DNA from: an uncultured Nitrososphaeraceae archaeon
GTDB lineage: Archaea > Thermoproteota > Nitrososphaeria > Nitrososphaerales > Nitrososphaeraceae
Assembly (NCBI GenBank): GCA_963765895.1
Contig: CAVXZB010000078.1
Location: 21,447-85,446 of the forward strand
Reading direction: 5' to 3'
Length of the DNA: 64,000 nucleotides
Shown here: positions 12,083-22,525 of the stretch, one piece after another
Layout of the letters: every line of letters starts with the position of its first letter
How positions within the stretch are numbered: position 1 is the first letter of the stretch
The notes under the pieces: generated by a model
Databases searched by the model: none
What the model saw: only the letters and a program-made list of their open reading frames with translations
What the model was told of the DNA's origin: nothing
Program-made: the position numbers and the translations under genes

Positions 12083-12812
12083 ATGTTGACATACTGAGAT
12101 AAGGATGGAATTTACAGGATAGCGGGTTTTGTCGGCGAATATGGTATTACGTTTAATCAATTTTTGATTAATGATACAAAGCCAACTCTAATTCATACCG
12201 GGCCACTTGGTATGTATAGTAAGATTGAGGAGAAGGTGAAAGAAGTAATACCTATAGAAAAATTATCATACATAGCTTTTTTACATTTTGAGGCTGATGA
12301 GTGGGGAGGAATGGAGTTTCTCAAAGCATCTAAGGCGAAATTGATTTTGTAGTGACCTTAGTTCCAAATTAAATCTTACCGGATGGAAAATGCCTATAGA
12401 TCATATCTCATTCTGGGAAAACGAATCATTGAAAATAGGCAGAATGACACTTAGGTTCCTAATGACGCCTCACGTACATCACTGGGACAGCATGATGATT
12501 TTCGAAGCTACCTCAAAGTCTCTTTTCACATCAGATCTATTTATACAACCTGGTGTTAATGAGCCCGTTGTATCAAACGATCTCTCAGACCAGATGATAT
12601 CGCTTTACCGAGTTATTGGAATCTTTGCTAATGAGGACCCTGTAAGGAGAACGGCCAAGCGTCTTGCAAACGTTAAGCCGGAGATGATATATCCCATGCA
12701 TGGATCTTGTATTGATAAATCAATGTTTTCAGCATATTTTAACGCAATAATGAAAGATAGGTTCGCATATTCAGGTAAATTACTTGGTCAGCAGTTAGAG
12801 TTTTTGACATAA
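12083..12812 (+). CDS. Metallo-beta-lactamase-fold diiron protein (ODP / FprA N-domain-like), frameshifted near 12348
   Basis: FNQFLI..HTG, HFEADE, TPHVHHWD, SDLF, PMHG motifs spread over ORFs 12164-12352 and 12390-12812. Start approximate. Confidence 0.8.
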
Positions 12813-13062
12813 TCTACCACAACTTTTATAACTACTGGCATTAAGGCTGGTACGCGCAAAAAACGAATCGCAATTGACCATTTTTCCATTATTTAATATT
12901 AACTAGAAACTACTATTTGGTCTCCCAAGTCAGATTCACAACAAATGCCAACATCAATTAATCAAGATCATGTATTCTTTCCTATGTGCATAATAGGTAT
13001 TCCCGTCATCATCAGCCTATTAATATATAGGTGGTGTTCTATCTACAAATATACTAATTGCC

Positions 13063-13794
13063 ATGTCAGATGAGAATGAATTCATATCTGGGAATGAAAA
13101 CGCTGCAAGTTCAAATTCGAACACTGAAGGAGAAGCTACCACCTTTGACGAAGTAGTCGAAGATAGTCCACAAGTACAAGAAAGCTTTGAAATGATATCG
13201 GTAGGACCAGAGAGCCAGGATGTAGACAAAGTGGACGATTCCGATAAGCTCCCGATAGAAGAGCGTATGGAGGAGGTGAGAGTAGATAATGAAAATCTCA
13301 GTGATGACGAATCACTGGTCGAACCTCCAGTCACGAGAACTAGGAAAAGAAGCAATAAAAGAAAGACACGCAAATCGACTGGCACATTAACAGGCAAGAA
13401 TTCTAAAGAAGGGTATTATACCTCAAAACCAGAGGATAAAGCTATTCAAGCCTTCCAAACTCAGATTACTGAACGGTTAAATCTAAATGAACAAAAGCTT
13501 GACAAAGTTATATCTACAATCCGCCCTATTGAAAAGCACATTCACTCGAGTGAAAAGCAAGCCCAACTAAGCAAAGAGATTCAAGTTCAGGTTAGGCAAT
13601 TGCAAAGGCAAGTACGACAAATTGAAAAGATGTCTAAAAACATTTCGACTGAAATAATCAAGAAAGTAAATAAGGAGATCTCGTCCAAAATCCAAAGGAT
13701 GCCAGCAAGAGGCGCTGGTCCAAATAGATCTAAACGAAATGAAAAGGCAAAATCCAGAAAAAGATCCAAAATAAATAAAAGAAAAAAGACGTAG
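13063..13794 (+). CDS. Hypothetical protein: acidic disordered N-terminus, coiled coil, Lys/Arg-rich tail
   Basis: Composition of the 243 aa ORF. Confidence 0.7.
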   Translation: MSDENEFISGNENAASSNSNTEGEATTFDEVVEDSPQVQESFEMISVGPESQDVDKVDDSDKLPIEERMEEVRVDNENLSDDESLVEPPVTRTRKRSNKRKTRKSTGTLTGKNSKEGYYTSKPEDKAIQAFQTQITERLNLNEQKLDKVISTIRPIEKHIHSSEKQAQLSKEIQVQVRQLQRQVRQIEKMSKNISTEIIKKVNKEISSKIQRMPARGAGPNRSKRNEKAKSRKRSKINKRKKT

Positions 13795-13844
13795 ATAAGT
13801 AGTAAGCTGCGATTTGGATTGTCAAGTAAGGCAGTAAACAGAAT

Positions 13845-14189
13845 TTGCAAGTATTTAGGATATCTGCGGTAACACTGTTGATCACTGATATGAAAAGGTC
13901 TTGCAGTTTTTACTCCAGACTGCCAGGGTTCGTTCTTGTGTACGGTGGTAGCTATAACGACCGATTCAGTACCTTCAGGATTGGCGGAATCAAGCCCAGC
14001 ATGTACCTAAATTTGGAATTAATAGCCTCAAAATCAAAGAGTACAAAATACTTAAAGCCTACCAAACTAGTAACTAGAATAATTTTTCATACCCAGGATG
14101 TTGATAAGCTATATCTATACATGCAAAAAAGCAAAACAATCCCAAAATTAATAACTTGTAAGATTCTACAGTACCACAAAATTATTTGA
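13845..14189 (+). pseudogene. C-terminally truncated VOC/glyoxalase protein
   Basis: ISAVTL..DMKRSCSFYS.LPGF..VYG and RIIFHTQDVDKLY match 16767-17237; the WGERYF..PDG segment is missing. Confidence 0.75.
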
Positions 14190-15038
14190 ACGTAATCCTA
14201 AATAAAAATTAACTTCGAGAAAGTATTTAAGGTCTAAATCGAGTCTAGAGCAATCTAACAGGACAAATGAACACTTTATATAGTTTTATCAATCAAAGAG
14301 TTTACTAAATAACGGTCAAAAATGGCAAAAAGTTAGCTGAACTAGTTAACTGCATTGACCCTTACTATCACCCACTCTAATTATAGGTTAATGATCGCCT
14401 CTGTAAATGTATTCCTCTATAATTTTGTTATAGGTCCTGTCGCTTGAGTTGTGACTTTTTTATTTGCTCTTCACACATATAAGTTTCTTTTACTGCTGAC
14501 AAGACTCCTTTTAAAAATTTGTAAAAACCGGTATCGGATCTTAGTTGTACTGATTATTCCGAATATTTTATCGGACATTCCGGGTCTACATATTAGCGCA
14601 AAAAGATTCAGAAAGTGCAGAAATATTTCGCAAAATAGAATCCAGCCTGACTTTTCTCTATATTCCAGACTTGACTTAGACAAGGTGCAGATATATGAAG
14701 CAAGGTAAGTAATTAGAGGAAATAAATCAATCCCTAAGAAATCGTGACAAGCTGAAAGATGATGCTATATCTCAGTGATCAGACAGCGTATAGCACTATC
14801 AATAAGGCTCCAGGAAATTGAAAGAAGACAGCGGCTAATGACATAATATTTCAACATCACATATATGAGATCTTAACTTTGAAGGATCTTAACTTTAGAA
14901 TCTATCTTTGCTCATAGAGAAAATTCTTGCCAATAGACCCTCTCTCCCTTTACCTTAAGTGCTGCTGCTTATTTATCTTGATTAGATTTTCAGCTATTGA
15001 AAGAGGGATTTATTCAGAAATCTAGGAATGTCTAAGTA

Positions 15039-16628
15039 ATGCATGATTCTCACACTGAAGAAGTTATTCTCGCACAATCTTCTGCAATATCTAAACTAAA
15101 GTTCCCATTTCATCTGAAAGCACATCAGCTTGAAGCAGTAGATGCATGGATTTCAAGTGGCTTGCGGGGTTCCATAATATACAGCAGCGGAACTGGTAAA
15201 ACAGAGATAGCATTTGAATGTGCGAGAAGAGCAGCAGACATTATCTCAGTTCCTTCTTCTTCTCCTTCTGACTATCCCATGGCTATCCTCTTATTAGTTC
15301 CGCGCATAGTCTTAATTGCCCAGTATCTCAAAAGGTTGTTAAACTATAGCATACCAGATGATAAGATAGGAGTATACTTTGGGGAACGAAAAGAGATAAG
15401 GGAAATAACAATAAGCACTTATCAAAGTGTAATCTATAACCCTGACCTTGTACGAAGATCGAAGATTATAATCTTTGATGAGGTGCATCTTGTGAGTGAC
15501 ACATCCAAAGTGCTTAGAAAAGTATTTGATATAGCTGTGGAAGACTCTAGTAAGGCCCTTTTAGGCCTTACTGCAACAATAGATGAGCAAGATCCAAGAT
15601 ACAATACAATCATCACAATTCTACCTCCTGTTAAAAAATACATGCTAAAAGAGGCTGTAAAAGAAGGCAGACTAACAAAGCCAGTTGTTATTCCTATGCA
15701 AGTGAAATTCACAGACGAAGAGCAGGAACTTTATGATACATATTCTACAAAAATTAGGAATATCTCTTCACGGTTCAAAAGGTATGATGCAACATCGATG
15801 TCCCTACTTTTAAGAAAAGGTGGGTTTGTAGGAGGACTAGCTAGAGCATGGTTCCTGAATGTAAGAAAGAGAAGAGTCTTGTTAAGTTGTGCTAAAAACA
15901 AAATATCTGAAGCAGTAAATCTGATAGCGAAAAAACATCCGAGTCAGAAGATCATGATCTTCAGTGAAACACTTGACTCTATCAACAAGCTGAAGACCAG
16001 TTTGGAAGGTGAAGGAATAAAATCTATGGTAATAGACAGTACTATAAATTCCATAAAAAGACAGAAAATTCTTTCATCTTGGGGTAAAGACTTCCATGCT
16101 TTGTTATCAGTACATACTCTAGAGATAGGCTATGATGTTCCTGAAGTAGGAATAGAGATAATTTTAGCTACTACCTCAAATATGAATCAAGTGATTCAAA
16201 GAATAGGAAGAGTAGTCAGAGTATATCAGGGAAAGCGTAGAGCATTGATCTATGTAGTGTATATCTCAGAAACTAGAGATGATAGAACTTTGCAAATATT
16301 TAGAGAGGCGATCAAATTTGGTGGAAGAACGACTGTGACTGACGAAGTAGAAGGCGGAACAGGGGAAGAAGAAAAAAGGTGCATAAAGCAAGCTTATAAC
16401 ATACTGGAAGTAAATTCATATGAATCAGTAATTGTAGAAACTGATCGAGAACAAAAATTATATCAAATAAGAAGCAGTAAAGACAAGAACAAATACTACG
16501 AGGTAAATGCAGAAGCAAAAACATGTACTTGTCAGGATTTTAACTTTAGAGGTTTAAAATGCAAGCATATCACAGCGACAGAAATAATAAAGTCCAGACC
16601 AGATGTTCCTCACTTTACGTCTGAATGA
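15039..16628 (+). CDS. SF2 DExH helicase (XPB/Rad25-like) with C-terminal SWIM zinc finger
   Basis: HQ.EA Q-motif, GTGKT, DEVH, TAT, GYDVPE, QRIGR; C-terminal CTCQDF...CKH. Confidence 0.85.
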   Translation: MHDSHTEEVILAQSSAISKLKFPFHLKAHQLEAVDAWISSGLRGSIIYSSGTGKTEIAFECARRAADIISVPSSSPSDYPMAILLLVPRIVLIAQYLKRLLNYSIPDDKIGVYFGERKEIREITISTYQSVIYNPDLVRRSKIIIFDEVHLVSDTSKVLRKVFDIAVEDSSKALLGLTATIDEQDPRYNTIITILPPVKKYMLKEAVKEGRLTKPVVIPMQVKFTDEEQELYDTYSTKIRNISSRFKRYDATSMSLLLRKGGFVGGLARAWFLNVRKRRVLLSCAKNKISEAVNLIAKKHPSQKIMIFSETLDSINKLKTSLEGEGIKSMVIDSTINSIKRQKILSSWGKDFHALLSVHTLEIGYDVPEVGIEIILATTSNMNQVIQRIGRVVRVYQGKRRALIYVVYISETRDDRTLQIFREAIKFGGRTTVTDEVEGGTGEEEKRCIKQAYNILEVNSYESVIVETDREQKLYQIRSSKDKNKYYEVNAEAKTCTCQDFNFRGLKCKHITATEIIKSRPDVPHFTSE

Positions 16629-16766
16629 AATTACATTCTAATATGAGATTGGTGATTCAAGAAAGATTGAGCATAAAATGAAAGACTCAGACGATAATGA
16701 AGATCCCACAAATCACGTTATAGAAGAATAAATTAATTGTGATCATATAATCTATCCCATCCATTC

Positions 16767-17237
16767 TCATGAGTGTCTCAGTTTATAAATCCCCTTACTA
16801 CCAGCAATAGGTTCCGCAAATGAAAGCTGATATCCATCTGGTTCTCTTAAATGAAAATATCTTTCTCCCCATGCAGCATTAGTAGGTTCATTTTCAAACG
16901 ATATTAAATTTGAAATGCTATCGTTATTCTTAAAATAAGAATATAATCTATCCACATCTTCGGTATGAAAGATTATTCGACCAAAGTGTTGTCTTTTCCA
17001 GCCATCATCATTCTCTGCTATATGATTAGGAGGCTCACGATTGTTATTGATTCCCAATTCTAGATTTAGACACATTTTTGATTTATGCTCTTCCTCTTCT
17101 TCAATCTCAAAAGTAGTAAAAGTATCATCAGAAGATCCATAAACTAACTTAAAGCCTGGTACTTGAGAATAAAATCTGCAAGACCTTTCCATATTTTCAA
17201 CTATCAGCGTTACTGCAGAAATTTTGTATATTTTCAT
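16767..17237 (-). CDS. VOC / glyoxalase / bleomycin-resistance family protein
   Basis: ISAVTL.V.NMERS..FY; IIFHTEDVD; WGERYFHLREPDGYQLSF. Confidence 0.9.
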   Translation of the reverse strand: MKIYKISAVTLIVENMERSCRFYSQVPGFKLVYGSSDDTFTTFEIEEEEEHKSKMCLNLELGINNNREPPNHIAENDDGWKRQHFGRIIFHTEDVDRLYSYFKNNDSISNLISFENEPTNAAWGERYFHLREPDGYQLSFAEPIAGSKGIYKLRHS

Positions 17238-17255
17238 AGCGTTATTAGCACATTA

Positions 17256-17471
17256 TTAAGACGATACTATTTTAGATCCTTTTAGTTCTGATTCATTAAT
17301 TAGAAATACAAAGATCTGACCGTTGCACTCAATTACAGATTTTAGAGTATATCCACCATTGGCTAAAAGAGCTTCTATTTCAGCCAGCATTTTCTTTAAA
17401 CTTGCACCATCATCTTTTACAGGATCAGCACTCTTTACGATCATTAGTGGACTTTCATGCCAGTTTGTCAT
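17256..17471 (-). CDS. Hypothetical protein, probably co-transcribed with the VOC gene
   Basis: 71 aa ATG ORF ending 18 bp before the VOC start. Confidence 0.6.
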   Translation of the reverse strand: MTNWHESPLMIVKSADPVKDDGASLKKMLAEIEALLANGGYTLKSVIECNGQIFVFLINESELKGSKIVSS

Positions 17472-17639
17472 TTGTATATTTACAGCTCGACTAAGTTATT
17501 AAATGGTCGTCATGAAAACCTTATTTTGTTATTTTGCAAGCTTATCTCGCTCAAGATGGTTTGTGTATTGATAGTTCAGGATACATCTAAACCTGGTAAT
17601 ATCTGTCTGAATTTTCCTTTGACTAAGACTGCAGAGATG

Positions 17640-17923
17640 GAATGAAACTCCAACATACATTACAAAGATAATCACTGAAATACTAAAATCGACAGAGCAC
17701 ATCACAGACATTCATTTTTGATTTACCCCAAGATAATGTCTACCAGATGAAGGTGCCTCTTGTCGGAAAGCAGCCAACTATGAGTGAAAGTTATTATCTC
17801 TTCTTCAAACCGCTACCAACAGGACACCATAAGATAGAGCTGGAAGTGATACGGGACCCATTGGAAGCAAACGCACCAGTCGAACATGACGTTGCCAAGT
17901 GGGATATCCAGGTAGTTCATTGA
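17640..17923 (+). pseudogene. C-terminal remnant of a thaumarchaeal-type secreted protein
   Basis: Hand translation DNVYQMKVPLVGKQPTMSESYYLFFKPLPTGHHKIELEV...WDIQVVH*, resembling the 'GYW.FLKPLP.G.H.I' family. Start approximate. Confidence 0.5.
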
Positions 17924-18857
17924 CCTCATGATGGGGACAGCATATACTCTTTGATTTTAGATGATTTAACTTCGAACAAATTGCACATCGAGACCAATTT
18001 AACTTTGGTTGTGAAGCAGATAAAGATACTAATACCGACTTTCAGCCAGATGTTGATATAAAGACATCTGATCGTGAGTAAGTTAGTATTGTTACTGAAA
18101 TAGCGTATACTAAGTACGCGAACGCGTTCGAGGCGCGGTGGTCGTCAAGCCATGCATAAAGAGTTTCAAGAGTAATGAAACTCGAATTTGGTTTGAAAGC
18201 TGTTATCAGTTAATGTGGGAGACACGCACTTACGAGCTGTAAAGTCTATGAGAATTCTATCTATATAATGCAGCATTTGGAACGCCTCATGTTAAGTATG
18301 CACTTTAATACATCAAAATGTCACTCTATAAATATAATCTCCCATTTTAGAGAATGTTTATAATCTGGCGCGCCGCACATCTACATTAGAAGTGATTTTC
18401 CGATATACCTATAGGACATGTCAAAATCCGACATTGTCTGATGTGTTAAAACTTTGGCTATAGACTGAATTAATATGCTGGTCCACGTCAGCTAACCACT
18501 ACTATCTATAGATATCAATTTGTAGGATAGACAATGTCGCTTATGGGTGATTAAGATCACTTCAAGTCCTGAAAGTTTTACTTATTAATCGAATCAGGTA
18601 GTCCTGAGTAGGTCTTGGGAATATTTAGCGTTTTTAATAACTCTGATTTATGTGCCTCAGGATTTTTGTACTTGATATGATGCTTTATGGATTCCAGATG
18701 TACGTTCTTTATCTCAGGATGTAACCTGCAGTTAAAATATCCCTGCTTTATAACAATTATTATATAACATGAACTCTCTAAATCGTGGTCAGGGAGTCTC
18801 GCAGGTGGTAAGTTGGATCATCATAAGAGCCGATAGACTCTGGATGTAAGAAGTTTA

Positions 18858-20132
18858 TTATCTTGAAATTGTACTTTTAGTTAACTTATGTGTCTTTATG
18901 TCAAGCTCAAAATTATCTATTCTTTGGGATGAGGCATTCCATGATTCTTGAGGCCGTGGTACTGTATAGTATCCTCCTTTAATAAGATTAGATGTTACTT
19001 CAATATGCAGAAATCCATGACGATTATCACAATAGTTTTCCAATGTCAGGTTATAGCTTGACAAATTTGTTGGAACGTCAAGTCTGTCATCGGGTTCTTG
19101 TTGAGTACATTGTAAATTAGGCAAACCACTAGTACGCTGCATACAAGTCAAATTAGGATAACCGCCAGCACCGGCTACAATATATGGGACTTGATGACCA
19201 TTTGCTTCGTAAGTGAATCGTTGATAGTTATGAACATGTCCAGAAAGAACCATGTCTGCCATTCGGCCAGATTTGTTAAATGCATTTTCAAGATTATCCT
19301 TAATTGCCACACTTCCAGAAGTGAAATTATCCAGGGAGTATGCCGGATGATGTACTGCTACTATTAGTGCTTTGTCAATAGGTGCAGAACCAAGCTCATT
19401 GACAAACCAATCAAATTGTTCTTGATTTATTTTTCCGCCTTCAGGAACATTAGAATATAGACCAATAATATTTACAAAAGGCGTTTCCAGTGTCCAATAA
19501 ACATTTGGCTGAGTCATGGCATCTCTATCTACATCAGCTGCTTCAGGAGTGATTGTGGGAGTCTTGTTGCAAAAATTATTAACAAATGCTTCTAACGATG
19601 TGGGACGAATATTTTCAGGAGTTCTATAATTTACGTCACCATCATGATTACCGGGTACAGCAAAGATCGATGCGGGATAATGAGTGTAAGGCCGATAAAA
19701 TTGCTCAGAGTAATTGTCTGCCTCACCATAGTAGTACACCACATCTCCTAAATGATAAAAAAATGAAGGGCTTGATTGAGAATTGGTTGCATCAAAATCG
19801 CTTTCCATATGCATTTCCACAATATGCTGAGGTACTTCGAATCCAATTCCTCCGGTATCTCCAACAGTATGAAATATGATTCTACCAGTATTCTTAATTT
19901 TATCCATGATTTCTGTCGATAAAACGTTATCTAGTTTGAGATGATAAGGCGGGGATCCTGATGGTGATGGCAAATTCTGAAATTTTTGATTACCGTGTGA
20001 TTTTTGAACCTTTGTTGGAACTAGATCAATTGATTGAGCTCTTGGCCGTGGTTGATAGATAATTCTGCCTGCCAAACCTTTATGCCTGTCAATTATGGAT
20101 TGACTTTTCTTATGTTCACTAATATCAATCAT
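18858..20132 (-). CDS. Calcineurin-like metallophosphoesterase (purple-acid-phosphatase-like)
   Basis: GDTG, GDVVY, GNHD, HHP, GHVH metal-ligand motifs; no signal peptide. Confidence 0.9.
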   Translation of the reverse strand: MIDISEHKKSQSIIDRHKGLAGRIIYQPRPRAQSIDLVPTKVQKSHGNQKFQNLPSPSGSPPYHLKLDNVLSTEIMDKIKNTGRIIFHTVGDTGGIGFEVPQHIVEMHMESDFDATNSQSSPSFFYHLGDVVYYYGEADNYSEQFYRPYTHYPASIFAVPGNHDGDVNYRTPENIRPTSLEAFVNNFCNKTPTITPEAADVDRDAMTQPNVYWTLETPFVNIIGLYSNVPEGGKINQEQFDWFVNELGSAPIDKALIVAVHHPAYSLDNFTSGSVAIKDNLENAFNKSGRMADMVLSGHVHNYQRFTYEANGHQVPYIVAGAGGYPNLTCMQRTSGLPNLQCTQQEPDDRLDVPTNLSSYNLTLENYCDNRHGFLHIEVTSNLIKGGYYTVPRPQESWNASSQRIDNFELDIKTHKLTKSTISR

Positions 20133-20499
20133 ATGCTAACCAAATATCGAGTGTCATAATTAGATAATTGTAATACATATTAGACACATTAGACAAAACC
20201 TTGCTCCTCGTCCTGCCAAGATCGTGGCGCTTTATAACCGGTATCGAACCCGCATACCCACAGGCTTCAAATGAGACACAATAACTTCGATTATATACGC
20301 TGGTGTATTACATCCCACTGAACCCGCTATAAATTTATAATTGTTAAAGTTATGGTATATAAGAATAGAAATTATAAACGCTAGCTTATTGGCTCTGGAG
20401 ACAATGATTATTACTATTAATTTATACTTGAAATCGTATCAACTGGCCTGGATTGAATGCATAGTAATTTAGAACCATAATTATAGTAACATTAAGATC

Positions 20500-20915
20500 G
20501 CTAGAATTCTTTTGTTTTACTAAGGACAGATCTCAAGATGATGTTGAAGATGTTATTATCAGATTTGTGTTATCGCAGAAAGAAAGAATTGTGAAAAAGG
20601 AGATAACTGCAGGTACACTTGGAAATTACGTTAAAGCCCTCAAGTTATTCTGCAGGATGACTCGTATTCAGATAAATTAGGATTAATAGCACATTATCTT
20701 CGGAAGGTGAAACAGTATTCTAACGATAGGATACTAACGTCGAAGAGATAAGAAAACTGATCCAACATCCTGATCGATGCATCAAGCTAATTATATTATT
20801 GTCAGTATCGACAGGAATAAGGGTTGGGACACGAGATTATATGAAATGGAAGCATATCAAGCCAATAAATGATAAGAAAGGGACATTATTGGGACCAAAC
20901 TGATCGTATACCCAG
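20500..20915 (+). pseudogene. Degraded tyrosine integrase (N-terminal half), paralogue of 40632-41939
   Basis: IIRFVLSQKERIVKKEITAGTLGNYVKALKLFC...EEIRKLIQHPDRCIKLII...STGIRVG..DYMKWKHIKPI, broken by stops and shifts. Ends approximate. Confidence 0.85.
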
Positions 20916-20997
20916 ACTAGCCTGTTTGGTTGGGGCTTTGTTTCAGATCGACCGTAGAGCCACAGTTATATTATATTGATAGTCATATTATTATCAA

Positions 20998-21291
20998 TTA
21001 AGATAGCTTTTCAATTATGTTAGCTGCTTCAGCCGTTGAAAATGCCTTGAGTGTTTCAGTACGTATATTGCCTAGACTTCCAGTGCTGAGTAACACTGAT
21101 GCTACTGCCTCATCATTTGGAGCCTCGATTACCGATACCATATCATATCTTCCAATCGTATAATAAAAGCCAAGAGATTTACAACCTGCTTTTTCTAATG
21201 CACTTCCAAAGGATTTAGCTCGTTTTACAGTATCTTTGACATTTTTTATTCCCTGTTCTGCCCAATTTATAAGTACGACATAATTTCGCAT
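20998..21291 (-). CDS. GYD-domain protein
   Basis: YVVLINWAEQG...YYTIGRYDMV..IEAP...GNIRTETLKAF. Confidence 0.9.
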   Translation of the reverse strand: MRNYVVLINWAEQGIKNVKDTVKRAKSFGSALEKAGCKSLGFYYTIGRYDMVSVIEAPNDEAVASVLLSTGSLGNIRTETLKAFSTAEAANIIEKLS

Positions 21292-22525
21292 TGTTATTAT
21301 TCAATAACCATAGAAGTGCGCATGTATATATAGGTACATAATGCTTGTTATAATATTTTATATACTTTTTAGTGTTTTAGAAATTACAATGGAAGCTTCT
21401 AAATTGCGGCACATATTGATTTCATAAAGAATTATTATTAGTTCTCTCATCCATGCTTGAAATTAATATTCATTTTGGGCTTTACATCTTCGTTGTTGGC
21501 TTGATTCAATTTCTTTGACTGTTCGTTTAACAAGATGTTTTAATTCTATATTATTTTATGAATTTAACTTTATTCTAAATTTATGTTCCATTCTTTCTAC
21601 TTTCTTTTTTCTATTAAACCTGATTCGACATTCTCTCTTCAGGTAAAGTAACAAAAATGTATACCAAATGGAGTAGAGTAAGACTCTTCTCTTTCACCAT
21701 ACCAGGTAGCATAATCACACGGAATCATAAAGTATGCAATTAGAACCTTTAAATATAAATAGAAAATAGAGTTGGGTGTTTCTCCTAACAGGATAACAAG
21801 ATTTGGAAATTCCACATTTGGACAGTAAGTTTTGGATATAATGATAGCCCAAAATTCTAGAGTAATCCTTTCCGGGGATTTGGTCTTCAGGTATCGGCAT
21901 ATGACTAACGCAGCAAATAGGTTCATCTACATATTGTCTCCACATAATCGCTAAGTCTTTAGCCAACATTGAATATGTATGATGGATAACAATTTGAAGA
22001 CTTTCAACTCATTGTCACAATTTCTTATGACTTATTGTAACAGATACTATTCAAATATGCCATTGTCGAGGATGACATGGTCTTTGTATACAGTCTTGTT
22101 GTATTATTGCAATGAATTAATACTACAATTTCCGTGAATATAATATAGATTAATTCGATTTTATACTATATAAAGTAATTTTCCTTGATTTGAAGTTTCG
22201 GTTTCTTACTGTTCGTCATAGTCTAACTAGATCGAGCTCATCAATGGCTCCGCCACTAGACTATACCAAACAAATAGAATAGACAAACAAAAAATTAAAG
22301 GGTTATCTAGATGACCTTTACAGTTTATTGAACCGAATCACCATAATAAGAATGGGTTCCTATGTCTTCAATGCAGATATTTAAATCAACTAAATCCTGT
22401 GGTAGATATTGTTTTGCACCACTATTTTCCTTCAATGTTGCTCGCATAGGCCATGTGTCCATCCGCTATACTCCCCGACAGAACCTGAACAAAGCGCTAA
22501 TACAACTATATATCATTAACCCGCC

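Noticed and set aside
14160-14710. Possible transposase remnant after the truncated VOC gene
   Set aside because: No DDE or HUH motif or terminal repeats could be recognised.
20238-20258. T-arm-like GCGGGTTCGATACCGG on the minus strand near the integrase relic (possible att)
   Set aside because: Stem pairs poorly, no acceptor 3' strand, and orientation is opposite to the intact element's layout.
21470-22100. Degraded gene on the minus strand (ORFs 21639-21926, 21715-21969)
   Set aside because: Looks like coding debris but no family could be assigned.
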